A DNA stretch of 44,373 nucleotides from Armatimonadia bacterium (GCA_039683575.1 JBDKRC010000345.1:1-44373), one strand, 5' to 3'. Positions 1 through 10,373 are shown, counted from the stretch's first letter. Made by a program: numbers and translations. Notes: a model not told the origin generated them from the letters alone.

Positions 1-246
1 GAGACGATTGTGCAGTCCGTGCGCAAGACCGGGCGGCTGCTGGTAGTCCACGAGGCGCCAACTCGCGCCGGCGCTGGCGCCGAGATCGTACGTGCAGTCT
101 CCGAGCACGTGACGCAGTTCAAAGCCCCGGCGACCGTGCTTGGTGCACTGCCTGTGGCGATGCCCTATAGCCCGCCACTCGAAGACGCCGTCTTGCCGCA
201 AGTGGGAGATATCGTGGCGGCGATTCGGCGACTTGTGGAGGGGTAG
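1..246 (+). CDS. 2-oxoacid (pyruvate/acetoin/branched-chain) dehydrogenase E1 beta subunit, C-terminal fragment (5' truncated by window)
   Basis: Translation SVRKTGRLLVVHEA...GAEI...PYSPPLEDAVLP matches the transketolase C-terminal domain of E1-beta subunits; the frame is open from base 1. Confidence 0.9.
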   Translation, partial: ETIVQSVRKTGRLLVVHEAPTRAGAGAEIVRAVSEHVTQFKAPATVLGALPVAMPYSPPLEDAVLPQVGDIVAAIRRLVEG

Positions 247-331
247 CTTTCCTGCGGTGGGGTTGGTCACATTCTAGCAGGACGTTATTTCGCAGCTCAC
301 ATCCCCGCTATACACGTCCCGTCACCCTTCG

Positions 332-2869
332 GTGAAGATACTCTTGTCCGATTCCCGGCGCAGGATAACCTGGGTCGTGTGCTGTTTCCTGTACGGGCTC
401 ATGAGCCTGTGCCTGCCTGCCTCTGCGCCCGCTCAGGGCCAGTATGAGGCGGTCATTGAGGCCATGGGACCGCCTACGTTGCCAGGCCCGGTGACCCGCA
501 ATCGCCTCGCCCCGCCAGACTGGGGCCGCGCTCCTCAGCCGCCGCCCGCGAAGGCCCGCGTGCGCGCCCTGCTCGAAGCGCAGGCAGCGCAGGCGGCAAA
601 GCCCCCGGCGCCTGCCGAACCCACCGAGCCCCGCGTGCCCACCGCGCCCGGAGCCCCGCCCCCGCCCGGTCTTCCTCCCGGCCCCGGGCCTGTCCCCGCG
701 CCCGGTACCGTCGCCGTTCCCGGTCCCGGCGCGCCACAGCCACCCTCTCCGGAGGCACCCGCCGGAAAGCCCGCTCCGCTTGCCGAGCCCGAGCAAGTGC
801 GCCTGAAGGCTGACAATGTCTATCAGACCGAGGGGGCTACGGCGGCGCAGGGCAACGTGGAGGTCCGCTACCAGGACCTCATCATCCACTCACAGGCAGC
901 CGAGCTGGATAAGGACCGCATTTGGGGCACCTTCCGCGGCAACGTGGACCTCGAAGCGCCCTTCTACCACGGACAGGCTGACCAGCTGCGGATCAACCTC
1001 GACACCGAACACTGGTTGGTGAACAAGGGTTCGGTGGCCGTTCAGCCGGACTTCTTCAAGAGCGCCAGCGTGCTGCAGCCGCTGTTCATCCGCGCCGACG
1101 AGGTAGTGGGGCGTCCCGACCGTGTCGAGGGCATCGACGGCATCGGCACCAGCTGCGACCGCTGGCCTGATCCCCACTGGATGCTGCGGTCAAACGAGGT
1201 GACGATGGTCCCGGACGACCGTGTCACCTTCCACCGCCCCACGCTGTACATGTTCGGCCACCGCATCATCCGCTATCCCTGGGACTTGACCCTCTCCCTG
1301 CGGCGTGAGCAGAACCGGTTCCTGCCCGAGGTGGGCCAGAACGAGGTCGAGGGCTATTACGCCAAATTCGCCTATGGGTACCTCATCAATGATGCGAACA
1401 GCGGCTTCATAAGGCTGCACCTGACCCAGAAGCGGGGCACCGGCTTCGGCTTTGATCACCTGCTCGACGACATCCGTCAGACTGCAGAGGTCTCCTTCTT
1501 CGCCGAGCCCGAAGAGAGCAGTTACAGCGGGCGTGTCCTGCACCGCCTACAGCTCAGCCGCCCCTTCAACAGCAACCTGAACCTTAGCTTCCAGGAGGAC
1601 AGCGGCTACGGCATCGGGTCGAACTCCCTCAATGGCGACCTGACCTTCCGCTATGATGGCTCGACCGCACAGTCTTTGCTGGGCTTTCAGGAGTCGACCA
1701 TCTCAACCGGCACAACCACCAGCCGCCGGTTCTCGAGCAACGTCAGCCATAGGCAGCGCCTGGGCACTACCGGCGAGTGGTCCTTCACCAATTCCTACCA
1801 TTCCTCAACGGTAGGGACGGGCCTGGCCGACGATGAGGAATTGGAAACCGAGTTCTCCTGGCGGCAGGAGTACCGCACCTTCGACGTGAATCTGCTCGCC
1901 CAGAAGCGCTACGATATCGATGGCAGCCGCTACACCGGGGACTCGAGCTACTTCGCACTGGACCGCACTCCTGACCTTGCCCTCCGCACCGACAGCTCCC
2001 GCCTCGGTGACTACCGCCTGCTCGGCAGCGAGTTTAACGCCACCATGTATCTCGGGCGCTTCGAGCAGCAGCCCGACGATCTCACAGTCTACCGCACCGG
2101 CGTGGACCTCCGCCTGCCCGGCCACGAGCGGCAGTTCGGCCGCTCCCGCTTGCGCACTTCCGGCCGCTTCCGGCAGTTGTTCTACAGCGACGCCTCGGCG
2201 CAGTGGGTCGGTGAAGCCCACACCGAGTACCGCCGCGAGCTCTCCGGCAGCTGGGACAGCCGCATAAGCTTCGACTACGTGCGCCCCAATGGCTTCTCGC
2301 CCCTGCGCATGGACCTTGTCAGCCCCAGCAGCATCGCCTACCTGCAGCTCGTGCGGCTCGTCCCCGACAAGATGCGCCTCGACTTCACCTTCGGCCGCGA
2401 CCTGCACAACAACTACTTCCACGACGCCATCGTGCGCAGCGAATTCATGTTCAGCCCCCGCAACCGCCTGGAGTTCCAGGGCGGCTATAGCGTGGAGGCG
2501 GCCCAGTGGCGGCCTATCAACCTGCGCTGGATCTACGCCACCGAGCGTCGCTGGTGGTCCGCCCTCACCGTCAACTACGACCTGGATCAGAGCGATCTGA
2601 CCAACGTCAGCATGGACATTGACTACGAGCCGACAGACAAGTGGAGGGTACAGTTCCTGGGGGGATACAGCAGTTTCGGCGGGTTTGATCAGGCAGACTT
2701 CCGTATCACGCGCGATCTGCACTGCATGCTGGCCTCGCTGACCTACGTCCAGTCCACGGGCGAAATCCGCCTCGGCCTGGGCATCAAGGCCTTCCCAAGC
2801 GCCACCCGCACCTTCGGTGTCGGCCAGAGGGGACAGTACTTCGAGAGCAATTTCGGGGACCAGTACTAG
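332..2869 (+). CDS. LptD/OstA-like outer-membrane LPS-assembly protein with N-terminal Pro-rich linker
   Basis: Signal-like N-terminus, P/A/G-rich linker, OstA-like segment (AQGNVEVRYQDLIIHS), TSCD..PHW motif, LPEVGQNEVEGYYAK, long amphipathic beta-strand region, C-terminal RDLHC motif. The start could be ATG 401. Confidence 0.75.
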   Translation: MKILLSDSRRRITWVVCCFLYGLMSLCLPASAPAQGQYEAVIEAMGPPTLPGPVTRNRLAPPDWGRAPQPPPAKARVRALLEAQAAQAAKPPAPAEPTEPRVPTAPGAPPPPGLPPGPGPVPAPGTVAVPGPGAPQPPSPEAPAGKPAPLAEPEQVRLKADNVYQTEGATAAQGNVEVRYQDLIIHSQAAELDKDRIWGTFRGNVDLEAPFYHGQADQLRINLDTEHWLVNKGSVAVQPDFFKSASVLQPLFIRADEVVGRPDRVEGIDGIGTSCDRWPDPHWMLRSNEVTMVPDDRVTFHRPTLYMFGHRIIRYPWDLTLSLRREQNRFLPEVGQNEVEGYYAKFAYGYLINDANSGFIRLHLTQKRGTGFGFDHLLDDIRQTAEVSFFAEPEESSYSGRVLHRLQLSRPFNSNLNLSFQEDSGYGIGSNSLNGDLTFRYDGSTAQSLLGFQESTISTGTTTSRRFSSNVSHRQRLGTTGEWSFTNSYHSSTVGTGLADDEELETEFSWRQEYRTFDVNLLAQKRYDIDGSRYTGDSSYFALDRTPDLALRTDSSRLGDYRLLGSEFNATMYLGRFEQQPDDLTVYRTGVDLRLPGHERQFGRSRLRTSGRFRQLFYSDASAQWVGEAHTEYRRELSGSWDSRISFDYVRPNGFSPLRMDLVSPSSIAYLQLVRLVPDKMRLDFTFGRDLHNNYFHDAIVRSEFMFSPRNRLEFQGGYSVEAAQWRPINLRWIYATERRWWSALTVNYDLDQSDLTNVSMDIDYEPTDKWRVQFLGGYSSFGGFDQADFRITRDLHCMLASLTYVQSTGEIRLGLGIKAFPSATRTFGVGQRGQYFESNFGDQY

Positions 2870-3057
2870 CGCAACGAAGGGGCCGGATAACCGTCCCCGG
2901 TCATCCGGCCCAGCACTACAATAAGCCGCTCCAACTGAGCAAGCGAAGTTAACCAATGTAACGATTCGGGGTGGTTTTGGAGTCCTCTTTTGGGAGTTAA
3001 TGTACTACTGTGTGGCACAATGTCGAAACCGCGTGCCTGAAGGCTCCCGTGTCTCGC

Positions 3058-4239
3058 CTATATCTCATTCAGCAGGGCCTTCAGTTTCAGTTCCGGCAAC
3101 CCCCGCTCCCATTCCCCAATGATCTTCGCCGCCTCGGCCTCACCCATGATCGCCCCCGCCTTCCCCGTCTTGATCAGGGCCAGTTGCGCCGTAAGCTGCT
3201 CACCCCACCCCTGGTACTTCGCCGCTGCCTCTCTGTCGTCAGGCACCAGCGCCAACGCCTTCCTGACTTCCTCCTGCTTCTGCTGCAAGTCCCACCCGGC
3301 CAACGATGGGTCAGTGAACTGGAACGTCACCAACTCCTGCAGCAGGCCCTCCGCCCGTCGTCGCAGGTCCGCCTGCTCCTCCGAGTTCTTCGTCCCCGCA
3401 TAGTCAAAGAACACGAACCGGAAGTCGCGCAACATCGGCTTGAGCTCGAAAACCGTATCTATCCCATAGCTGGCGACGGTAAACCCGCACTTGCTGGCCT
3501 GGCTGCCGGGGAAGAGCACCGAGCACGGCCCCGCAGCGGTCCCGTGGGCTGAGGTATAGCCCGCGTCATAAATGCTGTCGTAATACAGCAGCCACTCCTC
3601 TTTTGCCAGGTCAAGCTCGGCCTTCTCGCCCTGCTTGAGGTCCCGCACCGGCGTCATGACGTGCCGCTCGCCGTTGCTGATGAACGCCGAGGGGTAGCAG
3701 CGCAGGCTCAGCTTCAGTGACTTGATCTCCTGTTTCGGCTCAAGCAGCGCCTGGCAGTAGAGCGCGTCATCCCCCGCCTTGCCCACGAACCGCACCCGCA
3801 CCACCGCTTGACGGGTATCGAATACGAAGTCCACATACCCGCGGTCGCCCAGGCTCCGCCCGGTCACCGAGTGCGCGAACGTCCGTCCGATGTCTTCCCC
3901 ATTGATCACGAGCTGAAAGAATCCGCCGTGGTACCAGTTGGCCGCAGTGGGCTCCGGCATCCCGATATAGCCCTCGCCCGGAATCGCCGCCGCCTCGTCC
4001 TTCGGATCGCGCGCCACCACATACCGCAGCCCAAACTGGCGCGCACCGGTATCAAGCGTGACGGTATGCTCAACGCCCTTGAGCCCGACTGTGTGCGCCG
4101 GCGCGCCCGGGCCAATGGTTCGATCCTGCAGGCCTCGGTCACCCACCAGCACCTGCGGGGCCGCCTCCTCAGCCGTTGCCGCGCCCAGCAGCGCCAGCAG
4201 CATCACACCAACCATCGCGATCGTCAGGTGCCGCATCAT
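3058..4239 (-). CDS. Secreted hypothetical protein with helical C-terminus
   Basis: ATG at 4239 preceded by GGAGG; Sec signal peptide (MMRHLTIAMVG...ATA); last gene of a three-gene minus-strand run. Confidence 0.8.
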   Translation of the reverse strand: MMRHLTIAMVGVMLLALLGAATAEEAAPQVLVGDRGLQDRTIGPGAPAHTVGLKGVEHTVTLDTGARQFGLRYVVARDPKDEAAAIPGEGYIGMPEPTAANWYHGGFFQLVINGEDIGRTFAHSVTGRSLGDRGYVDFVFDTRQAVVRVRFVGKAGDDALYCQALLEPKQEIKSLKLSLRCYPSAFISNGERHVMTPVRDLKQGEKAELDLAKEEWLLYYDSIYDAGYTSAHGTAAGPCSVLFPGSQASKCGFTVASYGIDTVFELKPMLRDFRFVFFDYAGTKNSEEQADLRRRAEGLLQELVTFQFTDPSLAGWDLQQKQEEVRKALALVPDDREAAAKYQGWGEQLTAQLALIKTGKAGAIMGEAEAAKIIGEWERGLPELKLKALLNEI

Positions 4240-4256
4240 GTGCCTCCGTTGCCAAC

Positions 4257-5300
4257 TCAGATCGACTGCAGCAGCGCCGTCAGGCGCGCCTCTGAGACCA
4301 CCCTTTGCAGGGAGGCCACTGCCTGCTGCATCTCCCGATCCAGACGGATCCACTCCGCCGCGTCGAGCTTCCCTGCCGCCCGCTGCTGGTACGTCCCCAC
4401 CAGTTGCTCGAACTCCCTAAGCCGCTTGTCGAGTTCTGCCGACGCACCCGGGTCCTTCTCGCGCTTCTGCTCGGCCCGCAAGTCCGTCAGCAGCTTCTGC
4501 AACTGCGCCAGCGACGCCGCTGCCAGGCCGGTGTAGCTCTCCTTCGCGAACCCCTCATGGCTGTAGACCATGATCGGCCCGGTCCGGTCCCCCTTGCGGA
4601 GCTCCTTTTGCAGCTTCCCGATCTGTTCCGGCGTGCCCGACAGCACTGCGTGCGCAAACCGCTCCGGGTCATGGAAACCGTTCTGCACCTTCGCCCACGT
4701 ACACCACTGCTTATCCACTCCCAGGTGCCGGTCGCGGTTCACGTTGAAGCCCACGACCTTTCCCGCCGCGGGCTTGCCGTCCATCGGCTTCCATGGCACG
4801 GCGATCTCTACCGACCAGAAATCCGCGTCACGGTACGCCTTCACAGTCGCGTCGCTATTCCAGCTCGTGTCTTCCCGGAAACCGTCATACAGGCTGCCTG
4901 CCGCGTTGAACGCAAGCTGGTAGTACGCCTCGTGCGAATGGTTCGGGTCCAGGAAGAACTCTATCGTCTCGGTGCTGAACACCGCGTGCTCGTCATGGGC
5001 GTGCAGCACCGGCACCAGCCGCGCCATGTTGGGCTCATCATTGCGGATGCCCAGGTACAGGTACTTGTCATCCCAGAGCAGCCGGAACGAGGACTGCACG
5101 CCCGCCAGCATGTCCGTGCCAAAGAGCGTGAAGCCCGACACCAGCGGCGCCTGCTGCCACACCGCGTCATCCAGCTTCCCATCGAGCACCGGGGCCACGT
5201 CCGCCCTCGGCGCCGGGTACACGTTGATCGGCAGATCGTCCGCCGCCAGCGCCGGCAGCACCAGCCCCAGCATCAGAAGCGATACGGTAAGGGTTCTCAT
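4257..5300 (-). CDS. Secreted CBM9-like (DOMON-like) carbohydrate-binding protein
   Basis: Signal peptide; motifs PVLDGKLDDAVW, LLWDDKYLYLG, IEFFLDP, WSVEIAVPW, GFNVNR typical of CBM9-like domains. Confidence 0.8.
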   Translation of the reverse strand: MRTLTVSLLMLGLVLPALAADDLPINVYPAPRADVAPVLDGKLDDAVWQQAPLVSGFTLFGTDMLAGVQSSFRLLWDDKYLYLGIRNDEPNMARLVPVLHAHDEHAVFSTETIEFFLDPNHSHEAYYQLAFNAAGSLYDGFREDTSWNSDATVKAYRDADFWSVEIAVPWKPMDGKPAAGKVVGFNVNRDRHLGVDKQWCTWAKVQNGFHDPERFAHAVLSGTPEQIGKLQKELRKGDRTGPIMVYSHEGFAKESYTGLAAASLAQLQKLLTDLRAEQKREKDPGASAELDKRLREFEQLVGTYQQRAAGKLDAAEWIRLDREMQQAVASLQRVVSEARLTALLQSI

Positions 5301-5338
5301 CTGATTGTCTCCCCGTCCATGGTTCTAGCCGAACGCCG

Positions 5339-8300
5339 CTACTTGACCGCGAACGTCGCCGTCGTGGCCTTGCCGGTCGCGACCTCAGTCGCCACCACTG
5401 TATACGTGCCCTTCGGATCGTTGAAGGCCACCGGTATCGCAATCGTCGCTGCCTTGCCGTCCGCCACCAGCACGTCATCCAGCCAGTCGGCCATCGTCCC
5501 GTCCGGCAGCTTCACCTGCACCCGCGCCGCCTGCGCGCCGGTCCGCAGCCCCGGTGCCAGCTTCGCCTCAACGACGGTTCCCGGCGCTACTGCCGCCTTG
5601 TCCACGCTGACCGCCAGCGGCGCCAACGGCTGCGGCGACAGCACGAAGAACTGCGCCCGGTATGGCGTGATGCCCAGGCTCAGCGACTGCACCTTCCCCA
5701 GGTCCTTGCGGCTCTTGAGGTCATAGGCCTGCAGGGCCTTACCGAGCCCGATCTTCGCCGGCTCGGCCTCTCCGGCGTGGCGGAAGAACGATACAATCTC
5801 GGTGTCGCCACTGCGCCACCGCGTGACTTCGACATTCCGTAGCCGCCCCTTCGCGCCAGTGAGTTGGTACGCCGGGCTCGCGCCGCCGACCGCCAGCACC
5901 GCCCGCACGACCTCCGCCGCCGCCTCGGGCGTCGCGGGGGCCGCGAGCGGCGGGAACGACGACATCGCCACATTCAGCAGTATCGCATTGCCCTTGCCGA
6001 CCTTGTTGACCAGGAGCAGCGGCGTCCCACTGGCCTCTCCCAGCGCCTTCGCGCCGTTGGCCGCCAGCCCGGTGTCCACGCGCACCTTCGTCAGCGTCGT
6101 CTCCAGCTTCTGCCCCGCGAGTTCGCCCTTCACCGTTGCATCCACAATCGCCGCGTCCACGAAGGTGTTGCGCTTCACGCCGAACAGGTCATCCAGCGCC
6201 CCGGCCGCCAGTGGTTTCACATGCCCGTCATAGATCGCCGGACGCAAGTCCGCAATCAGCGTCCCGCCACCCTCAACATACCGCCGCAAAGCCTCGGTCT
6301 CCTGTGCGCTCATCGCCTGCGTCAGCGGCAGCACGATGACCTTGAACTTGCTCAGGTCCACCTCTCCGAGCCGCAACTGCCGGTCCGTGAAGTACCGGAA
6401 GTTCAGTCCCAGGTCGCGAATGGCGTTGTGCCACGCCACATGGTCATTTTCATAGGCGCCATACGACGGCGAGTGCTGCACCTTCGTCGCATACGCCGAC
6501 GGCTGCGAGAACATGATCCCGATGCCGTCGTCCTGCATCTCGGCATGCAGCAGTAGATCGCCCAGCCCCTCGCGCACGATCTGCGTATCCTTGATAATGT
6601 CCTTCACGGCCGGATACGGGTCCAGACTCGGCGACAGCCACCCGTGGAACCGCCCGATGCAGTCCCACCGCCACCACCATACCGAGTCACAGCCCCGCGT
6701 GATCATCCGCCAGTACTTTTCGAGCAGCGTATTGGCGTCCTTGGTGTAGCCCATCCAGTTCGAGCGCGGGAAGTCCCGCGGCGCGATTGAGCGCACGACC
6801 TCGTCAGCCGTCCCCGGATAGGGCGACCAGAAGGTGTTGCTCCGCACGAACCCGTCGAGATCATCGGCGGCCTTGAACGTCCCGGCGCCCTCGAAGCCGC
6901 AGATAGACTGCGGATCAATCTTCCTGAACCCGTCGCGGAACCGCTCGCAGAGCTTGCAGAAGCTGTACGACTGGAACGCCTGCCGGTCAAACCACCGTGC
7001 GAAGTTCCCGGTCCTGAACGCCTCCGCCTCGTCATTGTCGGTGGGGGTGCTGAGGTTGACCTCGTCAAACGAACCGTAAGTCGTCCCCCATGAGGTGTTC
7101 AGCGCCGCGACGTCCCCGTACTCCTGCTTGAGGTAGGCCCGGTAAGCCGCGAGGCAGTATGGGCTGAGACAGGAGCCCCGCACATCGCCCTCATCGCCCA
7201 GCGAGTAGACGAACACCCCGTGCTCGCGCGCGGCCTGGGAGTTCTGGACGATCTTGTCCACGTGAGCCTGGATCAGCGGCTCGTCCCACCAACACGCGGG
7301 CTTGGTGACACCGTTGGCATCCCGCTCCGCCAGGATCCGGGTCGTGTAGGGTACCCACGCGATATTCCACGCCGCCACCCACGGCGCCGGCTTGCCGCCG
7401 GTCAGGTGCGCGGTCACGCCGTTGCGCGCCAGGCTCTCCTCGCCATACGGCGCCAGCGAGCCACCCGGCGTGTCCCACATCACAAAGTTGTACTGCCCGC
7501 GGTTGCGCTTTACCATCCGTGCAAAAGCCCAGCTGGAGGACAATTCCTGATCGCCCTCCATCAGCGTCGCCCGCACCGTCACCAGCATCGGCAGCCACTC
7601 GGTCAGTTTGAACGTGAAGGGCACTTCCCTGGCCACCGGATGGCTCTGCCGCACCAGTTCCCGGCCCTGACGGTCGCGCAGGCTCACCACCAGCGTCTGG
7701 TTCGCTGCGACCTCTGCCGGCAGGGCCACCTTGCCGGTCAGGTTGTCGCCGATCTCGCCCCAGCCGCGCTCGAGCGTCACAGCCCCGACCTCGGGCCCGG
7801 CCACTGTGAAAGCCGCACTGCCGAAGTCCTCGACGCCCTTCGTCCCGCGCACCACCACATCCACATGGTACTGCCCGGCCGGAACCTGCGGGATGGTGAC
7901 GCTCACACCGGGGCTGCTCTCACTCTTCAGCACCGCCGGCCCCAGCTTCTGCGTCCAGCCATCCGCCCGCCGCAGTGTGAAGTCGGCGGTCAGTTTGTTC
8001 GCGAGGTTCGCGCCTTGCCAACCCACCGTCACCGCCGGTGCCGGCAGCGTCGCCCGCGCCACGCTGGCCGCCTTAGGTGTCACCGCGAGGCTCAGCTTCG
8101 GCTCCTTGCCCGCGGCCCACAGCAACGCGCGTCCCAGCCGCTGCTGCCAATAGTCATAGTCGGTCTCCCAGCCGGGCCGATACTCAATCGTGGGCTGAGC
8201 TGGCAGCTTGATGCCGCGCCCCTGCTTCACCGCGAACGGCTCGCCCACCGGGCCGGAGTTCGTGTCGCCCGCCGCCAAGGCCTCGGGCAGCGGCTTGAGG

Positions 8301-8782
8301 AGGTTTTTGGGCTTGAGGATCCGCTTGTCATCCACACCCACGAGCACGAGCCCCGCGCCGTCAGCAACCGCTTTGATTACCTTATACTGTAGCTCCACCG
8401 GCAGCTTCTCCGGCTGGATGCCCAGGAACACATACGCATCCCACTTCTGGTTCAGCAGCCGCTCCATGCGCCGCACGCCGTTCTCCGCGCCATGCCAGCC
8501 TTCGACCGTCGAGTCCACGATCCGCGCCCAGAACACCATCTGCGGCTCGAGGTCAAAGCGTTGCTTGAGCTCGATGACCTCCCGGGGCGCCGTGCCATGG
8601 CCGCGCACAAAGAACAGGGCCCGTGTCTTGCCCTGCACATAGGGCGTGGCCCAGTCAGTGTGCGGCGTCACGAAGTCGGTGTTGACACTATGGTCAACCT
8701 CCAACTCCGCCGCGTCCTGTGCCAGGACCAGAACGGGGCACAACAGGAGAATGATCACCAGAAGAGTGCCGAAGCGTTGCAT
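5339..8782 (-). CDS. Large secreted glycoside hydrolase, GH42/beta-galactosidase-like with trimerisation-type domain
   Basis: Signal peptide with AGGAG RBS; YSLGDE, C-x-S-x-x-C...YLKQEYGDVAALNTSWGTTY and KVIVLP...LRRYVEGGGTLIAD motifs of GH42-like and trimerisation domains. Substrate unknown. Confidence 0.7.
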   Translation of the reverse strand: MQRFGTLLVIILLLCPVLVLAQDAAELEVDHSVNTDFVTPHTDWATPYVQGKTRALFFVRGHGTAPREVIELKQRFDLEPQMVFWARIVDSTVEGWHGAENGVRRMERLLNQKWDAYVFLGIQPEKLPVELQYKVIKAVADGAGLVLVGVDDKRILKPKNLLKPLPEALAAGDTNSGPVGEPFAVKQGRGIKLPAQPTIEYRPGWETDYDYWQQRLGRALLWAAGKEPKLSLAVTPKAASVARATLPAPAVTVGWQGANLANKLTADFTLRRADGWTQKLGPAVLKSESSPGVSVTIPQVPAGQYHVDVVVRGTKGVEDFGSAAFTVAGPEVGAVTLERGWGEIGDNLTGKVALPAEVAANQTLVVSLRDRQGRELVRQSHPVAREVPFTFKLTEWLPMLVTVRATLMEGDQELSSSWAFARMVKRNRGQYNFVMWDTPGGSLAPYGEESLARNGVTAHLTGGKPAPWVAAWNIAWVPYTTRILAERDANGVTKPACWWDEPLIQAHVDKIVQNSQAAREHGVFVYSLGDEGDVRGSCLSPYCLAAYRAYLKQEYGDVAALNTSWGTTYGSFDEVNLSTPTDNDEAEAFRTGNFARWFDRQAFQSYSFCKLCERFRDGFRKIDPQSICGFEGAGTFKAADDLDGFVRSNTFWSPYPGTADEVVRSIAPRDFPRSNWMGYTKDANTLLEKYWRMITRGCDSVWWWRWDCIGRFHGWLSPSLDPYPAVKDIIKDTQIVREGLGDLLLHAEMQDDGIGIMFSQPSAYATKVQHSPSYGAYENDHVAWHNAIRDLGLNFRYFTDRQLRLGEVDLSKFKVIVLPLTQAMSAQETEALRRYVEGGGTLIADLRPAIYDGHVKPLAAGALDDLFGVKRNTFVDAAIVDATVKGELAGQKLETTLTKVRVDTGLAANGAKALGEASGTPLLLVNKVGKGNAILLNVAMSSFPPLAAPATPEAAAEVVRAVLAVGGASPAYQLTGAKGRLRNVEVTRWRSGDTEIVSFFRHAGEAEPAKIGLGKALQAYDLKSRKDLGKVQSLSLGITPYRAQFFVLSPQPLAPLAVSVDKAAVAPGTVVEAKLAPGLRTGAQAARVQVKLPDGTMADWLDDVLVADGKAATIAIPVAFNDPKGTYTVVATEVATGKATTATFAVK

Positions 8783-8811
8783 GTGAGACTCCTTTCAACC
8801 AACCAGAAACC

Positions 8812-8851
8812 AAAAGGCCTCTGCTCGCCGCCCGCGCGACAGCAGAGGCCT
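8812..8851 (-). terminator. Intrinsic terminator-like hairpin about 30 nt upstream of the GH42-like gene
   Basis: AGGCCTCTGCT (8815-8825) / AGCAGAGGCCT (8841-8851) inverted repeat followed by TTTGGTTT on the minus strand. Confidence 0.7.
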
Positions 8852-8990
8852 CTTCTTCATGTGTTCAGCTTGCACCTGCGGAACCCGCGGCGAGCTCAGG
8901 AACCAAACACCTCAGTGGTCCATCTCTCGGCCGCCCCCAGTTCTCCGCCTCCGCGCCGTCCTCTCGGCTGGAGTGAGAGATTGCCCGGCG

Positions 8991-10373
8991 CTACTTTGCG
9001 GCAGCCGCGATCGTCGTCGCCAGGTTCAACTGCGCAATCCTGCCTAGCGGCGTGCCACTGTCATTCTGCAGCTCAACCAACACTGTCTTCGCCGTCGCTT
9101 CGCTCGGCAGTTCCTGGTCCAGCTTCACAACCTCAGCCGGCGATACCTTGATCGTGGTCGGCTGCCCGATGAGCTTCCCTGTCTCATCCTGCAAGCTCAG
9201 TGCCAGATTCCCCGGCGCAAAAACCCCGAGCTTACCCTTCAGCTTCAGCTTCCCATCTGCCCGCACCAGCTCCAGCGGCGTTTGGACTGCCGCCACCTCG
9301 GTGGTCGAAACCACTGGCCCGCCGACTCGGGTCGCGTACCAGTCAGTCGTCAGCTCTACGCTCTCTCCCGGCCGCAGCGCCCGCGTCGGCGCGCACAGCC
9401 CCACCTGCACATAGGACTGCTTCCCACTCGTCTCCACGATGACGTTCGAGTTGTCCGGGTAATCTCCCAGCTTCGAGGGCTCAAACCGCTGCACGAACGC
9501 GAACTCGTGCTCCTCGTCCACGTGGGCCAGCCAGCCCGCATAGCTCGTCATGCCGATCTTGCCCGCCTCGCCCCTGTACGACACCTGCAGGAGCTTGTCG
9601 GGCAGCACCTTGAACTGCCCGGCCCCTCCCTGCGCCAGCGTCACGTAACCTTCTTTGTGGGCGCTGTCGGCCTCCAGCGGCACATATAGCCGCGACTTCT
9701 CGCTGAACTTCTGCCCGCTGTCCACCGATCCCGGTACCTGCGTCATCTGGCAGAACGCCCAGTTCTGGCTATCCCGCGAGATATTCGTGATCTTCTCCGA
9801 CACCCGCACCTGCGAGGACGCCCCGAACAGCTTGATCGTCCGCGTGATCTGCAGCCCCGTCACCTTATCCTCCGGGCTCCTTAGCTCCACCTCGACGTTG
9901 CGCCCGGTGGCCGTCAGCACCTTGCCCGTCCACTTGCCGCCATCCAGCTCCGACCCGAGCGGGTCCGGCGGCCCCTTCCAGCGGTCTGCGGGTGCCGGCC
10001 ACACCTTGTAGCCTCCGAAGTCGTGCCAAACGCGGTCCTGTTCGCTACGGGGTAGGGGATAGGTCTTCCCGAGTTCGGCGGGATTAGTCCATAGGAAGGG
10101 GTGTCCGCCCAGCTTGTATTCCACAATGCGCCCGCCAATGTCCGGCACCGCCACGACCGTCACCATGCCGTTGGTCAGGCGCAGCGCCCGCCAGCCGTGG
10201 TAGTCAACCTCCGACGCGGTGGCCTCCTCGGAGGCCTGAGAGATCGGGCTGCGGCTGTCGCTAATGCCCGGCACTTCCCGCTTCGGCCCAGCATTCTCCA
10301 CGCCCCCGCCACACCCGGCCAGTACCGCCAGCGCCAGGCCAACCACACATATATAAGGAATACGCGCTACCAT
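8991..10373 (-). CDS. Lipoprotein, DUF4380 / galactose-mutarotase-like fold
   Basis: ATG 10373 after AAGGGAG; lipobox LAGC; GW.ALRLTNG..VVAVPDIGGRIVEY and GGYKVWPAP motifs. Confidence 0.7.
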   Translation of the reverse strand: MVARIPYICVVGLALAVLAGCGGGVENAGPKREVPGISDSRSPISQASEEATASEVDYHGWRALRLTNGMVTVVAVPDIGGRIVEYKLGGHPFLWTNPAELGKTYPLPRSEQDRVWHDFGGYKVWPAPADRWKGPPDPLGSELDGGKWTGKVLTATGRNVEVELRSPEDKVTGLQITRTIKLFGASSQVRVSEKITNISRDSQNWAFCQMTQVPGSVDSGQKFSEKSRLYVPLEADSAHKEGYVTLAQGGAGQFKVLPDKLLQVSYRGEAGKIGMTSYAGWLAHVDEEHEFAFVQRFEPSKLGDYPDNSNVIVETSGKQSYVQVGLCAPTRALRPGESVELTTDWYATRVGGPVVSTTEVAAVQTPLELVRADGKLKLKGKLGVFAPGNLALSLQDETGKLIGQPTTIKVSPAEVVKLDQELPSEATAKTVLVELQNDSGTPLGRIAQLNLATTIAAAAK

